A stretch of DNA of 64,000 nucleotides from an uncultured Chlamydiales bacterium (GTDB lineage: Bacteria; Chlamydiota; Chlamydiia; Chlamydiales; Rhabdochlamydiaceae): assembly GCA_963700985.1 (NCBI GenBank), contig OY969554.1:1568001-1632000 (forward strand). Reading direction: 5' to 3'. Within the stretch, counting starts at the first letter, position 1; each line of letters starts with the position of its first letter. The notes under the pieces are model-generated. The model did no database searches and was not told where the DNA came from. It saw nothing but the letters and a program-made list of their open reading frames with translations. Position numbers and translations under genes: made by a program. Below are positions 8,899-17,883 of this stretch, piece by piece.

Positions 8899-11103
8899 AT
8901 GGCATCAGCAGTCTCAAGTGCTAAACCAGCAGCAGCACTTCCTATCCCTGACGGTTTAGCAACGCTTCTTGCTTCTCCCAAAACTCCCTGGCAGATTAGT
9001 CCGAACCTCTTCGAACGCACACGTAAATTAGCTAGCAGCGATGCAACTAAACCCTATGTAGCTTGTCCTGTTTCACCCTCAGATCCTGAATATGATTTTG
9101 TCGTGAAATACTTTTTAAATCAAAAACCTCCCGGATTGGGCATTCAGAGCATCGAATGCATCCACAATCCCGTTCAGACCCAAATGTTTGAAGTTGCACT
9201 TTTAAGTATGGAAGCGGGAGCCAAGAGCTTTCCTCCTTCATGGATGAATGAAGAACCCAAGGAAGAGCGTGCGAGCACCATCGCAAGATGGAAAGCACAA
9301 ACCCTCCAGTTTTCTCCTGTTAAAATCGAATCAGCCGAGAAGACCAGAATGATCGTGACCGCCAAAGTCATCCCTCTTTGGCATGGAACTCCACGCGATG
9401 ATGCGATCTGTTCCAGCGGATTTACTTTTTTTGGAAAGTATAAATTAGCCACAACCCAGAAAGGAATTGATCCAAGCACTGATGATGGCTATTTCGGTAG
9501 CGGTGTTTATTTTACCGACAGTGCTCATTATGCCTCGATGTACAGCTCCGTCTTACTTCTCAACTGGGTCTCCATGCGCGAACCCTTTCCCGTGGTCAGC
9601 GATGTACGTATTCCAAATGTGGGATCAGATATGCGTGGACTTAGGGCAAAAGCCGCATACAAGGATTATAACTGCCACTTTATTCCCGTAACCTCAGTAG
9701 ATCCAAAAGACCCACAAAACATGATCTACCATCCCTGTCATAGCACAGAGCAGCCCGACTGGGATGAGTTTGTTGTCTTTCAGTCTGCTCAAACCCTCCC
9801 GCGTTTCAGAGTAAAGCTAGGGGTGGACTTTCCTGCCGCACCTTCAACTCCGTCCCTAAGTGTAACTGTAAAAACCCTCCAGGGCAAAATTTTAGATCTC
9901 CTTGATGAAGATCAAATCCAGCAAGATGAAGATCTTCGAATTCTTTTATCCGAAAAAGCAGATGCTCTCGGTTTAGTTTCAGACCAGAGCAGCCCACTCT
10001 CACTTCAAGATCTAGAGTTTTATAATTGGATAGAACAACTCATCAATCCGGCAGGAAAACTCCGCGGCCATGTCAAACAAAAACTCGTTCAGAAGCCCAG
10101 CAGCGAAAAACTAGAACACAAAAAACCCTCTCCTCTATCAGCAGCACCGAGTGCTCTAAGTTGGGAGCCTTCTCCATCCGCTACGGTTAGCGCCGCAACT
10201 CCAGCAAAAAAAGAAGAAAACAAGAGCTCCGTCCCTCCGCTTTCTAAAACACCTCTTGTTAAAGCTCCTAGTTTTTGGAATTCCCTTTGGAGTGGAAAAT
10301 CCACACCGAGCTTCGTAGCTCCTGCAAAGAAAGAAGAGAACAAAAGCCCTGCTCCTCCGCATTCCATGTCTCTTGCCAAAGCCTCTCCCCTAACTGCAAA
10401 AGCAGCTACCTCAGTTAGCACGGCTGATCTGAAAATGCTATTTCCAAAGCTAGAAGTTCTCGATGAGGCAATTTGGGAAACGCATGTGAATTTAGATGCT
10501 TTAGGAATGTCCATAAAAGACGCAGCGCCTATTGATGCGAACACCATCTCCGTTCTGAAAACCCTCTTTGCTTCTCTCCTGATAGAAGGAGATGCGGGAA
10601 TCACGCTTTTGACCATGCCGAGAGGGCTTACACTGAACAAGCTCGTGAAGCTTGCAGCGTTTCCTAAACAGGGCAATGAAGCTAAATTTAGGTACATTTG
10701 GGATGAAGTTTTAAAAGTGCTTGGAGACATTCCCGTTGACAAGACTTATCGAGTGGCGATCACAAACTGTGTGCTCGAAGGAAGTAGAGATTTATCTGTA
10801 GATATGCAGCACGAGCTCGTAAAGAAAATGGGCTGCGAAATGACCGGAATGTTACCGGCAGCTACGCTTGCTATTTTAACCTATATGAGTTCTCGAGAAA
10901 AATCCCCAACCCGTCTGTATAGCAATGAGCCGTATGCCTATACGCGTTGTGTAGAGCAGATTGGTGGGCCTAACTTGGTTGGGCGCAACTTGGTTGTTGG
11001 GGGCTTCATCCCGAATGGCCTCGAGATCAACTTCAGCCTCCACCACGTCCTCTATCACTTTGGCGTTGGAGGGCAGTGGACGTTCCCAGCCATTGATACT
11101 TGA
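8899..11103 (+). CDS. Putative effector: PARP-like ADP-ribosyltransferase domain, Ser/Pro/Lys linker, C-terminal CLec-like domain with DGR-type variable region
   Basis: LWHGT (H162), GYFGSGVYF (Y204), DEFVVF (E290) then QTLPRF; low-complexity linker; C-terminal YTRC..LVVGGF..GL..GVG segment with an NNC codon run. Confidence 0.75.
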   Translation: MASAVSSAKPAAALPIPDGLATLLASPKTPWQISPNLFERTRKLASSDATKPYVACPVSPSDPEYDFVVKYFLNQKPPGLGIQSIECIHNPVQTQMFEVALLSMEAGAKSFPPSWMNEEPKEERASTIARWKAQTLQFSPVKIESAEKTRMIVTAKVIPLWHGTPRDDAICSSGFTFFGKYKLATTQKGIDPSTDDGYFGSGVYFTDSAHYASMYSSVLLLNWVSMREPFPVVSDVRIPNVGSDMRGLRAKAAYKDYNCHFIPVTSVDPKDPQNMIYHPCHSTEQPDWDEFVVFQSAQTLPRFRVKLGVDFPAAPSTPSLSVTVKTLQGKILDLLDEDQIQQDEDLRILLSEKADALGLVSDQSSPLSLQDLEFYNWIEQLINPAGKLRGHVKQKLVQKPSSEKLEHKKPSPLSAAPSALSWEPSPSATVSAATPAKKEENKSSVPPLSKTPLVKAPSFWNSLWSGKSTPSFVAPAKKEENKSPAPPHSMSLAKASPLTAKAATSVSTADLKMLFPKLEVLDEAIWETHVNLDALGMSIKDAAPIDANTISVLKTLFASLLIEGDAGITLLTMPRGLTLNKLVKLAAFPKQGNEAKFRYIWDEVLKVLGDIPVDKTYRVAITNCVLEGSRDLSVDMQHELVKKMGCEMTGMLPAATLAILTYMSSREKSPTRLYSNEPYAYTRCVEQIGGPNLVGRNLVVGGFIPNGLEINFSLHHVLYHFGVGGQWTFPAIDT

Positions 11104-11156
11104 ACACTTGAGATTTGGGCTGGTCATTTCAAAAAAGAATATATAGACATTCTCAA

Positions 11157-12125
11157 CTACCTCAAGAGAGATATAACTTGGGGCGTAGCATAAGAGAGGA
11201 TAAAATCTGCTCCGGCGCGCTTCATGCACATCAGTGCTTCTAAGAAAACCGATTCGGCATCTAGATAGCCTTTTTCGTGAGCCGCCATTACCATGGCATA
11301 TTCACCTGAGACATGAAAGGCGCAGATAGGGATGTGCAGCGTCTGGCGAATTTTGCAGATGACATCTAGATAAAAAAGACCAGGCTTCACCATCAGAATA
11401 TCCGCACCCTCTTCAGCATCAAGAGTTGCTTCTAAAAGCGCTTCGCGAATATTTGCGGGATTTAACTGATATCCGCGTTTATCTCCGGAAGTTAGTTTTG
11501 AGCCTAGAGTGTCGCGGTAAGGCCTATAAAGACTCGAGGTGTATTTAGCCGTATAAGCTAAAATGCCAGTCTCGTGCTTGCCGTGCTTGTCAAGCAGGGT
11601 GCGGATTGCGCGCACTCTGCCATCCATCATGTCGCTTGGGCCAACAAAGTCTGCTCCGCAAGCGGCATGCAAGAGCGCCATGCGCGCTAATATCTCGACA
11701 GAGCGGTCATTGTCGACTTCGTTATTTTCTCCTAGTACGCCGTCGTGGCCGTGCGAGGTAAAAGCATCGAGCGCTACATCGGTGATCACACAGAGTGAAG
11801 GGAGTTCTTTTTTTAGAATTTTTAGAGCTTGCGGAACAACGCCTTCTTCACTGAGCGCGCCGAGGCCAAGCGGATCTTTTTTTTCTTTTGGTGTTACGGG
11901 AAAAAGTGCAATTGCGGGGACGCCCTTGCGGTGCAGTGCTTCAGCTTCTTGTACAAGCTGATCAACTGATAGGCGGAAAACGTTAGGCAGATTTTCGATT
12001 TCTTCACGGCGGTTTTTGCCTTCTACCACAAAAAATGGTGCCACCAAATCTGCCGCCGACAATGTAGTCTCCTCCACCATCGAGCGAATCGCCGCACTCC
12101 TTCGATTTCTTCTCGGACGTATCAT
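11157..12125 (-). CDS. hemB: Porphobilinogen synthase
   Basis: Motifs RPRRNR, TSHGHDG, PSDMMDGRV, EGADILMVKP, HVSGEYAM. Confidence 0.97.
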   Translation of the reverse strand: MIRPRRNRRSAAIRSMVEETTLSAADLVAPFFVVEGKNRREEIENLPNVFRLSVDQLVQEAEALHRKGVPAIALFPVTPKEKKDPLGLGALSEEGVVPQALKILKKELPSLCVITDVALDAFTSHGHDGVLGENNEVDNDRSVEILARMALLHAACGADFVGPSDMMDGRVRAIRTLLDKHGKHETGILAYTAKYTSSLYRPYRDTLGSKLTSGDKRGYQLNPANIREALLEATLDAEEGADILMVKPGLFYLDVICKIRQTLHIPICAFHVSGEYAMVMAAHEKGYLDAESVFLEALMCMKRAGADFILSYATPQVISLLR

Positions 12126-12167
12126 AAAACCTCACCTCAATAGAGTGTTCACCGCCAAAAGATGATG

Positions 12168-12209
12168 AAATGTAAATTTAAATTCAACCATAGAGATAAA
12201 TGTACATTT
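12168..12209. promoter_or_regulatory. Paired palindromic operator-like sites upstream of antitoxin
   Basis: AAATGTAAATTT (12168-12179) and perfect palindrome AAATGTACATTT (12198-12209), 30 bp apart. Confidence 0.45.
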
Positions 12210-12242
12210 GTTATAAATTGTCAATTTGAACAGGAGGATGCT

Positions 12243-12554
12243 ATGGCCGTTCGAAGTAGGAGAAAGGTTAAGATAATTAGACAAAAAAAGAAGAGTATTC
12301 CCAAAGTCAGAAAAGTGCGTTTAGCTATTGAATGCTCACCGGAAGAACGTAAGTACATGAAAATGTTTGCGGCGCACGAAGACCTGACTCTTAATGAATT
12401 TGTTTTAGAATGCGTGAGGATGCGATTACATAAATGTCCTCGCCCTCATATTCCTAATAAAGAGACGAAAGCTGTGTTAGAAGCTTCTGAAAAAGGTAAG
12501 GGGCTGACTTATTATGATTCTATTGAAGATTTTTTTAAGTCAATGGAACGTTAA
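12243..12554 (+). CDS. DinJ/RelB-like antitoxin (RHH-type), orphan
   Basis: AGGAGG SD before ATG 12243; C-terminal IPNKETKAVLEASEKGKGL..YDSIEDFF resembles the DinJ/RelB tail; RHH-like core (MKMFAAHEDLTLNEFV). Confidence 0.65.
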   Translation: MAVRSRRKVKIIRQKKKSIPKVRKVRLAIECSPEERKYMKMFAAHEDLTLNEFVLECVRMRLHKCPRPHIPNKETKAVLEASEKGKGLTYYDSIEDFFKSMER

Positions 12555-12577
12555 TGTTACTTCCAATTAGGAGATAG
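12554..12577 (+). pseudogene. Stub of the probable cognate RelE/YafQ-type toxin (MLLPIRR*)
   Basis: TAATG stop/start overlap with the antitoxin; frame ends after 7 codons, just before the MITE-like element. Confidence 0.4.
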
Positions 12578-12583
12578 AATTTA

Positions 12584-12905
12584 TTTAGGTTTCCATAGAA
12601 ATGTCGGAGGTTCAGGAGAGCACTGCGTGTCCCTCTCGGAACCTCCCGCGACCTCCTTGCGCCTCATCTCGCTTCGTCAAATCGCGTGCTCGGAAGCGGT
12701 CCGTGCAGTGCACCCCTTCGGGCCCGGTTCGCTATGCTCACCTGTTTCGCATTGCAAAGGTCCACTGGACCTTTTCATGTCTTCAACAGCCCGCCGCCTT
12801 ACTGGCTTTCCTGCGCTGCAATTTTACTTTGCGATCTGAGGCGCAAGGTGGTCGCGGGAGGGGCGCCAACGGACGCACCATCCGACATGTCTATAGCATC
12901 CTAAA
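12584..12905. mobile_element. MITE-like nested-palindrome element (~320 bp, non-autonomous)
   Basis: Outer inverted repeats 12584-12608/12881-12905 (21/25 match); inner inverted repeats 12642-12666/12837-12861 (24/25); internal hairpin AAAGGTCCA-C-TGGACCTTT; GC-richer than flanks; no transposase. Confidence 0.7.
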
Positions 12906-13016
12906 AAACTCAAATTCTCAAAAATTTCCTATTTCACCTTGAGGGAGATCTAAAAACACTTGCGTAGAGGAGGTGAATATGTTTTCATCCTCAGTAATAA
13001 CGGTTTGGAGGGCAGG

Positions 13017-14666
13017 ATGATTGAAGGCTATGAAGAGTTCACCGAGAGCCAACTAAAGATTTTGAATCGCTACGTGACTAGCACGACTAGCAATGTCTTC
13101 GTGTTGCGCAATCTGCCGGAAGTCATTAAGGGAGCGCTCTTTTCGCGCTACTCGCGTTCGAGCTTAGGGCTACGCTCTTTGCTGTTAAAAGAGTTTATTT
13201 TAAGCGAAGAGACAGCTTTTGCCACCATCGCAGGCGCTTCAAATTCTCAAGGAGATGAAGAGCGTGAGATGGAAGATCAGACGATGGCCATCAAAAAAGC
13301 ACAAAATTTCTACGACCGCATTCTCGATGGTTATGGCGACGATTCAATTGGAGAATTGGGCGGAGCACACCTGGCGATTGAAAATGTTTCTATGCTGGCA
13401 GCTAAGATGCTCGAAGATAGCCGCATCGGGGGCTCGCCTCTTGAAAAATCTACTCGCTATATTTATTTCGATCAGAAGCTCAATGGAGAGTATCTCTTTT
13501 ATCGCGAACCGATCTTGATGACCTCTGCTTTTCGCGATGTTTATCTCGATACGTGTAACCAGCTATTTGATACCTATTCTCACTTAATCCCTCAGCTAAC
13601 CGAAGTGATGGAGAAACGTTTTCCAAAAGAGCATGATGTTTCGAAAGTGGCTTATACAGCGGCCTTGCGCGCCAAAGTGTTAGACTGTTTGCGTGGTCTT
13701 TTGCCAGCCAGTGCGCTTACGAACATGGGGATTTACGGCAACGGACGTTTCTTTGAAACTCTCATCCAGAAACTCAACTGCAATAGTCTAGCTGAGAATC
13801 AAGATATCGGGAAAAAGACCTTTGCAGAGCTTTCAAAAGTCATTCCGTCGTTCATTCGACGCGGAGATAGTGGCCACAAATACTGTAAAAGCTTCTTAGC
13901 GTTTAACGAACAGGTGCAAGGAGAACTCAAATCCTTGGCCGATCGCCATACGCAGAATCTTGGAAAAATGTCCGGGCCAGGCGTTCGTCTAATCAGCTAC
14001 GATCCTGAAAGCCCACAAAAAGTTGCGGCAGCGCTGCTTTTTGCAGGCACCTCAACGGGTCTTTTTGAACTTCAAGAGTTTTGCAATCATCTTTCTGAAG
14101 AAGAGCTTGGCCATATTCTAGATGCAGCCTCTTCTTTCCGTGAAAATCGCCGGCACAAATCTCCACGTGCTCTTGAGCACGCGACTTTCACATTTGAAGT
14201 CGTATCTGATTTCGGCGTCTATCGCGATTTGCACCGCCATCGCATTCTCACCCAAGAAAGACAGCTGCTCTCTTGCAACTTTGGCTATTACATTCCGCCA
14301 GAGATCAAAGATACCGAGATGGAAAAAGAGTATTGTGCAGCGCTTGATCGTGCAAAGAAAGTTTACGATAAGATTGCAGCTGAGCTTCCTGAAGAAGCGC
14401 AGTATGCGGTCCCGATGGCCTACAATGTGCACTGGTATTTCCATGTAAACTTGCGCTCGCTTCAGTGGCTATGTGAGCTGCGTTCATCGCCAGCTGGTCA
14501 TCCAACATATCGTTATATTGCCCAAGAACTTGCTAAACAGGTGATTGCCGTTTTCCCTCAATTCGAGCGTTTTTTCAAATTTGTTGATTACGAAGGATAT
14601 GAGCTGGGAAGATTGGGACAAGAGATCCGGATCGTTGAAAAAATGCAAGTGAGACAGGGTGTATGA
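13017..14666 (+). CDS. thyX: FAD-dependent thymidylate synthase, tandem-domain type
   Basis: YGDDSIGEL, EKSTRY, RDLHRHR motifs; two Thy1-like halves; GGAGG SD before ATG 13017. Confidence 0.92.
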   Translation: MIEGYEEFTESQLKILNRYVTSTTSNVFVLRNLPEVIKGALFSRYSRSSLGLRSLLLKEFILSEETAFATIAGASNSQGDEEREMEDQTMAIKKAQNFYDRILDGYGDDSIGELGGAHLAIENVSMLAAKMLEDSRIGGSPLEKSTRYIYFDQKLNGEYLFYREPILMTSAFRDVYLDTCNQLFDTYSHLIPQLTEVMEKRFPKEHDVSKVAYTAALRAKVLDCLRGLLPASALTNMGIYGNGRFFETLIQKLNCNSLAENQDIGKKTFAELSKVIPSFIRRGDSGHKYCKSFLAFNEQVQGELKSLADRHTQNLGKMSGPGVRLISYDPESPQKVAAALLFAGTSTGLFELQEFCNHLSEEELGHILDAASSFRENRRHKSPRALEHATFTFEVVSDFGVYRDLHRHRILTQERQLLSCNFGYYIPPEIKDTEMEKEYCAALDRAKKVYDKIAAELPEEAQYAVPMAYNVHWYFHVNLRSLQWLCELRSSPAGHPTYRYIAQELAKQVIAVFPQFERFFKFVDYEGYELGRLGQEIRIVEKMQVRQGV

Positions 14667-15886
14667 GCGATAAGCCTGGAAGCATGCTCGGTGGCATCCT
14701 CCTAATTGGGGGAAGTTGTATTGGAGCTGGGATGCTCGGGCTGCCGATTTTAACCGGTTTAGCGGGGTTTTTTCCTTCATGCGTAATGTTCATTGCCGCA
14801 TGGGCTTTTATGACTTTAACTGGGCTTCTTCTGGTTGAAGTTAACAGCTGGTTCAAAGAACAAGTCAACTTGGTCTCGATGTTTGGGCATGCTCTGGGCA
14901 GTTTTGGCCGCATCATCAGCTGGGTACTCTATCTTTTTCTGTTTTATGCACTTTTAGTGGCCTACATTTCCGGAAGCGGGGGACTCGCTTCCAACTTCTT
15001 TCAAAATTTTCTGCAGTGGAATTTTCCGGTTTGGGTCGGCAGCCTTTTCTTTGTGGCCCTCTTTGGAGCCGTTGTCTATCAGGGCACACGTCCGGTAGAT
15101 CTATGGAATCGCGTTTTAATGGTAGGCAAGATTTTGAGTTACATAGGCTTGGTCGTTTTAGGCATGCGCTTTGTGCAAACCGAAATGCTTTTAGAGACTA
15201 AGCCCTCTTATATGCTTTTTTCATTGCCTATCCTGGTGATCTCGTTTGGATTTCACAACATGATCCCCAGCCTTACTGCCTACATGAAAGGCGATCTCAA
15301 GCGTGTGCGCCACACGATTTTAGGCGGCAGTCTTTTTGCGCTCGTGGTCTATCTGATCTGGGAATTTGTTGTGCTTGGAATTGTGCCCCTCGATGGCCCG
15401 GATGGGATCGTTGAGAGTTTGAGAACCGACCAGGAAGCTTCGCAAGCTGTAAGCAATGTGCTCGGCCTTTCTTGGGTGTCTACCTTTGCGCAATGCCTTG
15501 GCTTCTTTGCTATTTTAACCTCTTTTCTCGCTCAATCTCTTGGACTTGTGCACTTCTTGGCCGATGGGTTAAAAGTAAGTCACGAGAAAAAAGAAAACGT
15601 CTGGTTATGTGCCTTGGCGCTGGGTCCTCCCCTGATTATTTCGTTGATCTACCCCCAACTCTTCTTTAAAGCGCTGAACTTCGCAGGCGGGATCTGTGCC
15701 GTCCTGCTCTTTGGTATTCTGCCTGTTTGCATGGTCTGGATTGGGCGTTACTTTAAAAAAATTCAAACCAGCTATCAAGTTCCAGGGGGAAAACCTCTAC
15801 TGCTTGGGATTCTATTTTTCTCTCTCTTGATCATGTTCGTGCAGCTTTCGAATATGGCCGGAGCTTCCTATATTGCTAAACCATGA
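14663..15886 (+). CDS. tyrP: Aromatic amino-acid (tyrosine) permease, HAAAP family
   Basis: GGILLIGGSCIGAGMLGLP and SFGFHNMIPSL; about 11 TM segments. Confidence 0.88.
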   Translation: MSDKPGSMLGGILLIGGSCIGAGMLGLPILTGLAGFFPSCVMFIAAWAFMTLTGLLLVEVNSWFKEQVNLVSMFGHALGSFGRIISWVLYLFLFYALLVAYISGSGGLASNFFQNFLQWNFPVWVGSLFFVALFGAVVYQGTRPVDLWNRVLMVGKILSYIGLVVLGMRFVQTEMLLETKPSYMLFSLPILVISFGFHNMIPSLTAYMKGDLKRVRHTILGGSLFALVVYLIWEFVVLGIVPLDGPDGIVESLRTDQEASQAVSNVLGLSWVSTFAQCLGFFAILTSFLAQSLGLVHFLADGLKVSHEKKENVWLCALALGPPLIISLIYPQLFFKALNFAGGICAVLLFGILPVCMVWIGRYFKKIQTSYQVPGGKPLLLGILFFSLLIMFVQLSNMAGASYIAKP

Positions 15887-17883
15887 ATCGCACATTTGTT
15901 CTAAAAACCGATTTTACTCCCAAGGGAGATCAGCCTGAAGCAATTCAGAAGCTGGTAGAGGGCTTGCGGCTTCGCAAAAAGGCGCAAGTGCTTTTGGGCA
16001 TTACGGGCTCGGGTAAAACATTTACCATGGCCAATGTGATTGCGCAGGTGCAGCGACCCACCCTAATTTTGGCGCATAATAAGACCTTAGCCGCGCAGCT
16101 CTATCAAGAGTTCAAGGCCTTTTTTCCAGATAATGCAGTCGAGTATTTTGTTTCCTACTACGACTACTACCAACCTGAAGCGTATATCGCTCGTACCGAT
16201 ACCTACATCGAAAAAGACTTTGCAATCAACGACCAGATCGATCGAATGCGCCTCTCGGCCACGCGCTCGCTACTCGAACGAGATGACGTGATTATCATCT
16301 CTTCCATTTCTTGTATCTATGGCTTGGGCGTGCCTGAATATTACAGCCAAATGCAGCTCAGGCTCAAAGTGGGCCAAACTGCGAAGCGCGATGACATTCT
16401 GATCCATCTCATTATGATGCATTATAAACGCAATGATATGGATCTAATGCGGGCGACTTTTCGTGCGCGCGGTGACATCTTGGAGATCGTACCCGCCTAC
16501 GAAGAGGACCTGGCCTATCGCATCGAATTTTTTGGCGATGAGATCGAGCGTCTAAGCGCCATCGATCCGCTTACTGGTAAAGTTAAAGAGCGACCCGAAG
16601 AGATAGTCATCTATCCTGGCTCTCACCACGTTACACCGAAAGAGGTGCGCTTTTCGGCGCTTGAAACGATCAAAACTGAGCTGCAAGAGCGCGCAACTTT
16701 TTTTGAAAAAGAGAACCGTCTAATCGAGCTGCAGCGCATCAAAGAGCGCACAGCTTACGATCTTGAGATGATCAGAGAGGTGGGCTTTTGTAAGGGCATC
16801 GAAAACTACTCACGCCATTTTAGCAAAAGGCAGCCTGGGCAGCCCCCTCCTTGTTTGCTCGATTATTTTCCGCGAGATTTCCTGCTTTTCATCGACGAAT
16901 CACATCAGACCCTACCGCAGCTACATGCCATGTACAATGGCGATCGAGCGCGTAAGCAGTCGCTGGTCGAATTTGGCTTTCGTCTCCCCTCGGCATATGA
17001 TAACCGTCCGCTTAAATTCGAAGAGTTTTGTTTGCGTGTAGATCAGACGGTTTACGTCTCGGCCACACCAGCTGCTTGGGAAGTCAAAGAGGCGCAAGGA
17101 GATCTAGTGCAGCAGATTATTCGCCCGACGGGACTGCTCGATCCGCAAATCACCATTAGGCCAGTCGGCACACAAGTGGATGATTGCCTAGAGGAGATCC
17201 GGCTTGAAACGGAAAAAGGTGGAAGAGTGCTGGTCACGACGCTTACCAAGCGCCTTTCTGAAGATCTAACTAAATATTTAAGTGAAATCGGCGTGCGTGC
17301 ACGTTTTCTTCACTCCGATATCGAAACGCTTGAAAGAGTGCAAATCCTCAATGATCTACGCAAAGGCGTTTTCGATGTGCTAGTTGGTATTAACCTTTTG
17401 CGCGAAGGTCTCGATCTTCCTGAAGTTTCGCTAGTTGCGATCCTCGATGCCGACAAAGAGGGATTTTTACGCAGTGAAACCGCTTTGTTGCAAACGTGCG
17501 GTAGGGCAGCGCGTAATTTGCATGGTAGAGTGATTATGTATGCCGATAGGATTACCTCGGCGATTCAAAAAACGATCGCTGTTACCGAAGAGCGCCGCAT
17601 CCATCAGCAGGCGTATAACGAGCAACATGGCATTATTCCGACGACGACCAAACGCGAACGCATAGAAGATCTCGCTGAAACCTTTGGCGACATTTTACCA
17701 ACGCCGCGCGCCAAAGAAGGCGAATCTGTGCATCTTACGCACGATGAGCTCACTGCGAAAATCAGAGAGTGTGAAACCGAAATGCGCGCTGCGGCCAAAG
17801 AGCTGCGCTTTGAAGATGCGGCACATTTCCGTGACCTGTTGCGCCACTATCGTCAGTTAGAACTCCTCGAGGAAAACCTGTGA
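15883..17883 (+). CDS. uvrB: Excinuclease ABC subunit B
   Basis: GITGSGKTFT, YYDYYQPEAY, DESH, INLLREGLD; C-terminal UVR domain. Confidence 0.98.
   Translation: MNRTFVLKTDFTPKGDQPEAIQKLVEGLRLRKKAQVLLGITGSGKTFTMANVIAQVQRPTLILAHNKTLAAQLYQEFKAFFPDNAVEYFVSYYDYYQPEAYIARTDTYIEKDFAINDQIDRMRLSATRSLLERDDVIIISSISCIYGLGVPEYYSQMQLRLKVGQTAKRDDILIHLIMMHYKRNDMDLMRATFRARGDILEIVPAYEEDLAYRIEFFGDEIERLSAIDPLTGKVKERPEEIVIYPGSHHVTPKEVRFSALETIKTELQERATFFEKENRLIELQRIKERTAYDLEMIREVGFCKGIENYSRHFSKRQPGQPPPCLLDYFPRDFLLFIDESHQTLPQLHAMYNGDRARKQSLVEFGFRLPSAYDNRPLKFEEFCLRVDQTVYVSATPAAWEVKEAQGDLVQQIIRPTGLLDPQITIRPVGTQVDDCLEEIRLETEKGGRVLVTTLTKRLSEDLTKYLSEIGVRARFLHSDIETLERVQILNDLRKGVFDVLVGINLLREGLDLPEVSLVAILDADKEGFLRSETALLQTCGRAARNLHGRVIMYADRITSAIQKTIAVTEERRIHQQAYNEQHGIIPTTTKRERIEDLAETFGDILPTPRAKEGESVHLTHDELTAKIRECETEMRAAAKELRFEDAAHFRDLLRHYRQLELLEENL

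Noticed and set aside
10089-10742. 217-aa antisense ORF and other short antisense or alternate-frame ORFs across the window
   Set aside because: Shadows of well-supported genes, with no motifs or translation signals.
12601-12942. Three overlapping ORFs (113, 70 and 72 aa)
   Set aside because: They lie inside the GC-rich palindromic element and have no motifs; likely open by chance.
13017-14666. Double-length ThyX
   Set aside because: Tandem-domain ThyX is already described in chlamydiae.
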